DNA from: a virus
Lineage: Duplodnaviria; Heunggongvirae; Uroviricota; Caudoviricetes
Length of the DNA: 39,994 nucleotides
Reading direction: 5' to 3' (one strand)
IMG/VR virus record: IMGVR_UViG_3300023371_000094
Shown here: positions 34,613-39,994 of the stretch, piece after piece
Layout: the number at the start of each line of letters is the position of its first letter
How positions within the stretch are numbered: position 1 is the first letter of the stretch
Notes under the pieces: generated by a model
What the model saw: the letters and a program-made list of their open reading frames with translations, nothing else
Database searches by the model: none
What the model was told of the DNA's origin: nothing
Position numbers and translations under genes: made by a program

Positions 34613-35579
34613 CTGGTTTGACAAATATCGCTCTTGGTTGGAAATGAATCGTGATGCAGAACGCGAGCAGGAGAGGGACTCCGCAAGAAAAACCTTGATT
34701 GAGACCTTTAAAAATAGCGTTTCATATCAAACAGGCGCTCTGCGTAACGGCGTATCACAACCGATCATTGCGACCAGAAGCAATACTCGCAAATGCCGTC
34801 TGACGGTTATGCCCGAAGACACTATGAGCATTGGCGACTTGATTTACGTATTCAATGAATATTGGATTTGTATGGAGCTCTATACGGACGAGTATGAACT
34901 TACTCACGGTGAGCTTTGGCTGTGCAATCAGCTATTCAAGTATCAAGATTTGAGTGGCAAAATCATTAAGAAGCACGCCATTATTGACGATGGCTCGTAT
35001 TCAAAAGGAAGCGATAAAGCAATCCCGGTCACAAATAATACGTTCAATTGCTATGTTTCTATGGACGAAGACAGTAAGGCGCTATGCGTTGACAAGCGTT
35101 TGGCTATAGATACAATTTACGATGCAAACGGTAAGCCTATTATCGATGTCGGCAAGATTTGTTGGCTCGATACCAAGAGTAGAAACTATGGTAAGGGAAG
35201 CCATTTGCTTGCATTTGGGCTAACGGATGATTTGTATAACGAAGAAAAAGACAATATCGATTTGATGATTTGTGATTACTTCGCTACATCATCAGAAGAA
35301 GAGCCTGTCACAGATCTCTTCCTTGAAGGAAGGGATACTATTCGTGTCGGAACGGGGCGTACTTATAAGGTGAATGCCCTTGATGGTTTGCTCCCCGAGT
35401 GGAAGGTTCAGCCTGCGCTTGACGGAGTTAACATCGTTGGTAACGGAGATTATGGCGTCACTTTGAGTGTCGCTATGGATGACTCTCTGATTGGCAAGGT
35501 TTTGCTATTGGAGTGCTTCGATAAATCCGAAACCTATGGTGCCGTCACGAAAGAAGTTGAGGTGATCTCTATTGGCTAA
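34602..35579 (+). CDS. Putative head-closure/neck protein with C-terminal Ig-like domain
   Basis: Beta-rich; C-terminal LEGRDTIRVGTGRTYKV is Ig-like; synteny. Confidence 0.5.
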   Translation: MTNDWFDKYRSWLEMNRDAEREQERDSARKTLIETFKNSVSYQTGALRNGVSQPIIATRSNTRKCRLTVMPEDTMSIGDLIYVFNEYWICMELYTDEYELTHGELWLCNQLFKYQDLSGKIIKKHAIIDDGSYSKGSDKAIPVTNNTFNCYVSMDEDSKALCVDKRLAIDTIYDANGKPIIDVGKICWLDTKSRNYGKGSHLLAFGLTDDLYNEEKDNIDLMICDYFATSSEEEPVTDLFLEGRDTIRVGTGRTYKVNALDGLLPEWKVQPALDGVNIVGNGDYGVTLSVAMDDSLIGKVLLLECFDKSETYGAVTKEVEVISIG

Positions 35580-36087
35580 GACATATTTAGATCAGCTCGT
35601 AGAATATCCAGCAAAAGTTTTGAAAAGGATATCTGAAGATAAGTATTGTTTAGGGCTATTGCTTAACAAGAGTTTCAATAGCATAGCCGAAGAAGATAGT
35701 GATAAAGCTCTTGACGAGTTGCTTTATGACTACCAATACGTAGATGATACGACACAGGAAAGTTCAGCTTACATTTGGGCTGAGATAGATGTCGATCACG
35801 TTGAAAACAAACAGATAAAGGGTGTACGCCTATATGTTACCATAGCTTGTCACAAGAGCTATATGAAACTGAAAGGCAGTACTTTCCGCGGAGTAATGGG
35901 AAATCGCAGAGATAATTTGGTGAGATACGTAGATAGATTATTGAACGACACGATGGGCATAGGCGGAATAGGCACTCTATCACTTCAATCCGTTAGAACC
36001 CTGTCGCCGATCAGCGGATTCACCCTGCGGGAAATCACTTATAGAATTCCTGACTTTAATATCGTAGAGCTGGAAGACCACGAGTGA
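35572..36087 (+). CDS. Putative tail terminator/neck protein
   Basis: 171 aa; synteny only. Confidence 0.4.
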   Translation: MAKTYLDQLVEYPAKVLKRISEDKYCLGLLLNKSFNSIAEEDSDKALDELLYDYQYVDDTTQESSAYIWAEIDVDHVENKQIKGVRLYVTIACHKSYMKLKGSTFRGVMGNRRDNLVRYVDRLLNDTMGIGGIGTLSLQSVRTLSPISGFTLREITYRIPDFNIVELEDHE

Positions 36088-36845
36088 AATTCACTTACGA
36101 AGACCTAATAAGCGGAGATTCCATTTTTGTTAGTGGAATAGGTCACTTCAGATCTCCGCAATTAAAAGAACTCAAGCCAACCCAAGGTATCGGCACTTGG
36201 AAGTACAATTTATATATTGGACTTATGGCTTGGGATAGAAGCGAAATTGTCAAGTTTATGAAGATTACAACTGGCAGGAATCTGCGCAAGTTGGAACAGA
36301 ATGAAGACCTATCGCTTTTCGATGTAATGACTCTCATAGACGAACCAAGAATGCTATTGCAAAATGCAATGGCTTTTTTTGTTGTCGAGGATTTGGTTTG
36401 GGATAAACACTCACGGTCATTCTCGCTCGTAGATAGCGATGGCAACAAGGTGGGAACGATTACCCGAGAAAATTTCGACGACGTTCGAGATATGATGTTG
36501 CAAATGAATTACATCAACATAGGCGAGTCCGCTAAACCCGTTAAGCACTCGTCAAAACAAGCCCAAGAACTTTGGGAACGGGCACAGCAATACCTAAAAG
36601 AGGAAAGCACCAAAGCGCCACCCGACAAGAATATGAACCTCGGCAACATTATTTCAAAGCTTTGCGCCGCTTCAACCTCTTACAATCTATTCAATATTTA
36701 CGATTTAACTGTATTCCAACTGTATGACCAGTTCTTCCAATACGGATATTTGAGAGCAATGAATCTAAACGAGATGGCTTTCAGTAATCACGGTGGAGAG
36801 AACTTCGATATGCAGGGGTGGTTAAAACCAATAATTAAAATATAA
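36084..36845 (+). CDS. Hypothetical tail-region protein
   Basis: 253-aa ORF in the structural operon. Confidence 0.55.
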   Translation: MKFTYEDLISGDSIFVSGIGHFRSPQLKELKPTQGIGTWKYNLYIGLMAWDRSEIVKFMKITTGRNLRKLEQNEDLSLFDVMTLIDEPRMLLQNAMAFFVVEDLVWDKHSRSFSLVDSDGNKVGTITRENFDDVRDMMLQMNYINIGESAKPVKHSSKQAQELWERAQQYLKEESTKAPPDKNMNLGNIISKLCAASTSYNLFNIYDLTVFQLYDQFFQYGYLRAMNLNEMAFSNHGGENFDMQGWLKPIIKI

Positions 36846-36856
36846 GGAGAACAAAA

Positions 36857-37414
36857 ATGGCTACTGCATTAGACAAAACTACAAAGATGGCTAACCGTCT
36901 TGGTTTGGACATCGAATTCTATGCGTATGAGAAAGATGGCGTGGTCTCTGGTGACGCAATTGCGGACATCAAGTTTGCAAACGAAGTATCTCTTGAGTTG
37001 ACTTCTTCAATTACTTGGGCTACTGGCGGACAGACTCACGCTAAAATGATCGGCTTCAAGGATCCTACCGAGGGTACTCTTAAGATTTCTACTCAGATCG
37101 TCAATATGGCGATGCTCACTCTTGCATCCGGCGGAGATGTTTCTGCTGCGGGCAAGGAGGTTTCGTTCAAGAACGACAAGGACGCTGTTGCGCCCAAGTA
37201 CTACATCGTTAAGGGTAAAACCGTATGGCAGGGCGAAGACGGTACTACATACAGCGAGACTATCACTGCCTACAAGGCTTGCGTGAAGCCCGGTTACAAC
37301 GTAACCTACAATGGCTCTGGCGATCCTCAGAGTCTCGACATCGAATTCGAGCTTGGAACCAACGATAAGGGTATGGTCGTTGACATTGAGCGCGATGACG
37401 TCGCTGCTGAATAA
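36857..37414 (+). CDS. Major tail (tube) protein
   Basis: 185 aa, beta-rich, highly biased codons, followed by a terminator. Confidence 0.65.
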   Translation: MATALDKTTKMANRLGLDIEFYAYEKDGVVSGDAIADIKFANEVSLELTSSITWATGGQTHAKMIGFKDPTEGTLKISTQIVNMAMLTLASGGDVSAAGKEVSFKNDKDAVAPKYYIVKGKTVWQGEDGTTYSETITAYKACVKPGYNVTYNGSGDPQSLDIEFELGTNDKGMVVDIERDDVAAE

Positions 37415-37429
37415 TTAAATTTATTTTAT

Positions 37430-37462
37430 ATAGCCGTGGCGTAACAACCACGGCTATCTTTT
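37430..37462 (+). terminator. Intrinsic terminator after the tail tube gene
   Basis: ATAGCCGTGG-cgtaacaa-CCACGGCTAT-CTTTT. Confidence 0.8.
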
Positions 37463-37466
37463 ACTT

Positions 37467-37922
37467 ATGGGAAGAACCAGCAAATTCAACGTCGGCAAAG
37501 ACAAAGCCGATAGGACGTTTGACGGAATTGTCTTCGATAGCTCGGTGGAGATGAGATATTACACAGAAGTAATTCTCCCCGGTATTGAGGATGGAAGTAT
37601 TCTGAAATTTGAACGTCAAAAAAAATACATCTTGCAACCTTCTTACACACACTGTGGCAAGAAGGTGCAACCCATCGAATACAAAGCGGATTTCTATGTT
37701 GTTTATGCAGATGGCAGGGAGCAAGTTATTGACATTAAAGGTTGCCCTGACGCGGTTGCAATATTAAAGAGAAAGATGTTTTGGTTCACATACCCAAGCA
37801 TTGAATATATTTGGCTTGTCTATGTAAAAAAATACGGAGGTTGGATAGAGTATGACGAGTGTAAGCGTCTCAGGAGAGAAGCAAAGAAAAGGGCTCGTGT
37901 ATCTGGCGACAAACCTTGTTAA
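37467..37922 (+). CDS. DUF1064-family PD-(D/E)XK nuclease
   Basis: FDSSVEMRYY, QKKYILQP, YKADF, VIDIKG, KRKMF. Confidence 0.8.
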   Translation: MGRTSKFNVGKDKADRTFDGIVFDSSVEMRYYTEVILPGIEDGSILKFERQKKYILQPSYTHCGKKVQPIEYKADFYVVYADGREQVIDIKGCPDAVAILKRKMFWFTYPSIEYIWLVYVKKYGGWIEYDECKRLRREAKKRARVSGDKPC

Positions 37923-38631
37923 TGGCAAAGTGTACGTTGGAATAACTACTCGCCAACTAAGCGCAAGAATAGGTGAGCATATATACGATAGCTTTACAGA
38001 AAACGGTCATAGCCCCACATATTTTCACAAAGCTATGGCGAAATACGGCATAGAGAATTTTAAGTTTACTGTATTAGAAGAAGTTGAAAGAGCTTCGTTT
38101 GACGATATGAGAGAACAGCTCTATGCTCTTGAACAAAAATATATATCCGAATATCAATCAAACAACAAAAATGTCGGATACAACTTAACCGATGGCGGTG
38201 ATGGTATTACAGGATACCGAATGACTTTAGAACAACGCCAGAAGATTGGTGACATTCATCGAGGTAAGAAACTATCTGACGAACATAAGGCTCGGATAAA
38301 AGCTTTTATGAATAGCGACAAGAACCCCAACATTGGTAGAAAATGTTCGGAGGAAACAAAAATAAAGATATCTGAGGCTAAGAAGGGGAAGTACAATGGT
38401 ACCCAAAATCCGATGTACGGTAAAAGTCGCCTCGATGTTGCTGAAAGAAATAAAGCCTCAGCAATCAAGATTTGTCAATATGATTTGACAACCGGAGAAC
38501 TCATCAAGGTATGGAGTTCTTCAAGAGAAATACAAAGAGAAACTGGGTACAACCGTTCGTGCATAATCGATTGCTGTACTCATAAAACAAAACAAAGCCA
38601 CGGCTATAGGTGGGAATACTATAGCGATTAA
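37852..38631 (+). CDS. GIY-YIG homing endonuclease with NUMOD3/NUMOD1 repeats
   Basis: GLVYLATN...VYVGIT, LEQKYI...GYNLTDGG, HRGKKLSDEHK, NPMYGK, ICQYDL. Confidence 0.88.
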   Translation: MTSVSVSGEKQRKGLVYLATNLVNGKVYVGITTRQLSARIGEHIYDSFTENGHSPTYFHKAMAKYGIENFKFTVLEEVERASFDDMREQLYALEQKYISEYQSNNKNVGYNLTDGGDGITGYRMTLEQRQKIGDIHRGKKLSDEHKARIKAFMNSDKNPNIGRKCSEETKIKISEAKKGKYNGTQNPMYGKSRLDVAERNKASAIKICQYDLTTGELIKVWSSSREIQRETGYNRSCIIDCCTHKTKQSHGYRWEYYSD

Positions 38632-38656
38632 AATGCGAAAGCAAAGGAGAAAAAGG

Positions 38657-39277
38657 ATGAGCAACAAAAAAGTGAACACAAACGCAAAGGCAAAAGTAAA
38701 AAATGCACTGAAAGCATTGATTGAGTCGCAGGCGGCTAAGCCCCAGACTCTTACATACGGCGAGGGCGAAACCGAATTGAAAGTCGTTGTAACCCCCGTG
38801 ATTTCGTTCGCAGAAAGAACGGAGATGATTAGCTTTATCGTAGATAGCGCATTTACGGTAGGCATAGACACCATTCAGAGTTATACCCCTCAGTACGTAA
38901 AACTCGCAAAGAGATGTGCGGTTCTTCAGCACTTCACTGACTTGAAGCTTCCCGCGAAGCTCAATGATTTGTGGATGATTCTTAATCATACGACCATTTA
39001 CCGCGACGTTATCGAGATTGTAGGAGAGGATATCGATGACATCTTTGACGAGGCTGACCGTGCTATTGCCGCACAGAGAGATTACTTGGCAAACAAGACC
39101 GATATCAACGGATTGTTCAGTAAACTCGGTGGTGCTATGGGCAAGATAGACTTCTCAAAGGAAGAGCTGACGGAATTGCTCAACGTGTTCAAAAATATGC
39201 CCAACTTGTCTGAAGACCAGCTTATCGATGGTATTCTCAAGTTCAAGGCAACAGCAGAAAATACAGAAAACAATTAA
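38657..39277 (+). CDS. Putative tail assembly chaperone / hypothetical protein
   Basis: Start at ATG 38657 (RBS AAGGAG); position in the tail module. Confidence 0.5.
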   Translation: MSNKKVNTNAKAKVKNALKALIESQAAKPQTLTYGEGETELKVVVTPVISFAERTEMISFIVDSAFTVGIDTIQSYTPQYVKLAKRCAVLQHFTDLKLPAKLNDLWMILNHTTIYRDVIEIVGEDIDDIFDEADRAIAAQRDYLANKTDINGLFSKLGGAMGKIDFSKEELTELLNVFKNMPNLSEDQLIDGILKFKATAENTENN

Positions 39278-39304
39278 GACCGCTTAGCTCCCTTTGGGAG
39301 TTGA

Positions 39305-39667
39305 GTGGGAAGGGAGCAAGTGCAAGTGGCAGAAACACTACAATTGGTTAGCTTTATTGTATCAATTATTATCGGTTCATTTAACATCTTGATGATCGTG
39401 TGTGAACCGTTCCGCAAGAAGATACTCAAAAGCAAAGAAGATAAAAAGAGAGAGCAGGAAAGAGAAGAGGAGCAACGTGAAACTGACAGGTGCGTTTTGC
39501 GTGAACTCATTGAAATGATTTACTACAAAAGACGTGGTACCTGCGAAATATATCAGTACGAATACGAAAGCATTGCTTTTATGTATAAGCAATATAAGAA
39601 GCTCGGCGGAAACTCATTCGTCGATAGGATTTGGGAAGAAATCCAAGAGTGGACTATCCTCCCATAA
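39305..39667 (+). CDS. Small membrane-anchored phage protein (holin-like, LGGNS motif)
   Basis: One N-terminal hydrophobic helix, charged linker, YKKLGGNSFV. Confidence 0.5.
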   Translation: MGREQVQVAETLQLVSFIVSIIIGSFNILMIVCEPFRKKILKSKEDKKREQEREEEQRETDRCVLRELIEMIYYKRRGTCEIYQYEYESIAFMYKQYKKLGGNSFVDRIWEEIQEWTILP

Positions 39668-39702
39668 AACATACATTTGATGAAAAATAAAGGGGGCTTT
39701 AT

Positions 39703-39994
39703 ATGGCAATTTCTGAATCGTACATAATGAAACTTGTGAGAGAATACGCGAAGTCCCCTGAAGGAAAACAAGCAATCAGAGAGAAATATGGTATCGAGTA
39801 TGATGAAAAATTCACTCGGGCACAGGTGAAAGCCTACGGCAACAGGATGAAAAAGATATTATACAACCATATTCACTCGGAGATCAAGTCCATCTCTTTG
39901 GATGACATCATTGTCGAAGAGCCTTTACTGCGGGAGGATGGACGCTTTGAGATAAAGCTTTCTTTCCGAGAGGGAAGTTTGCATAGAGAATCAT
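39703..39994 (+). CDS. Hypothetical protein (partial, runs off the window)
   Basis: ATG 39703 behind AAGGGGG; MAISESYIMKLVREY... open to the end of the window. Confidence 0.6.
   Translation, partial: MAISESYIMKLVREYAKSPEGKQAIREKYGIEYDEKFTRAQVKAYGNRMKKILYNHIHSEIKSISLDDIIVEEPLLREDGRFEIKLSFREGSLHRES

Overview
Segment of a large SPbeta-like tailed phage or prophage, probably of a Bacillota host. The right arm (+ strand, from about 16.75 kb) carries an SF2 helicase-like gene, a YonO-type RNA polymerase, tRNAs Met/Asn/Glu, two GIY-YIG endonucleases, a phosphoesterase, HU, a tyrosine recombinase, terminase, portal, protease/scaffold, capsid, neck and tail genes. The left arm (- strand) is accessory and holds the unusual biology. 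(1) One retron-type reverse transcriptase (1615-3009) is accompanied by four paralogous msr-msd-like ncRNA cassettes: R1 1112-1415, R2 1420-1613, R3 3019-3326 and a remote R4 10478-10783. Each has its own a1/a2 terminal repeat, an unpaired branch-type G, and the same two-hairpin geometry with covarying stems. An RNase HI gene follows directly. (2) A complete Ubl-E2-JAB-E1 operon lies directly upstream of the RT. (3) A DUF2828 (VWA) gene sits among eight RNA modules carrying AC(A/U)GCAA; three of these are 41-45 nt insertions at the same anticodon-stem position (28/29) of tRNA genes. The central region (10.9-16.8 kb) holds divergent promoters sharing a CTAAATATG box, AGCT-rich iterons and GC-rich repeats. 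All calls come from reading motifs by eye; no database searches or folding programs were run.
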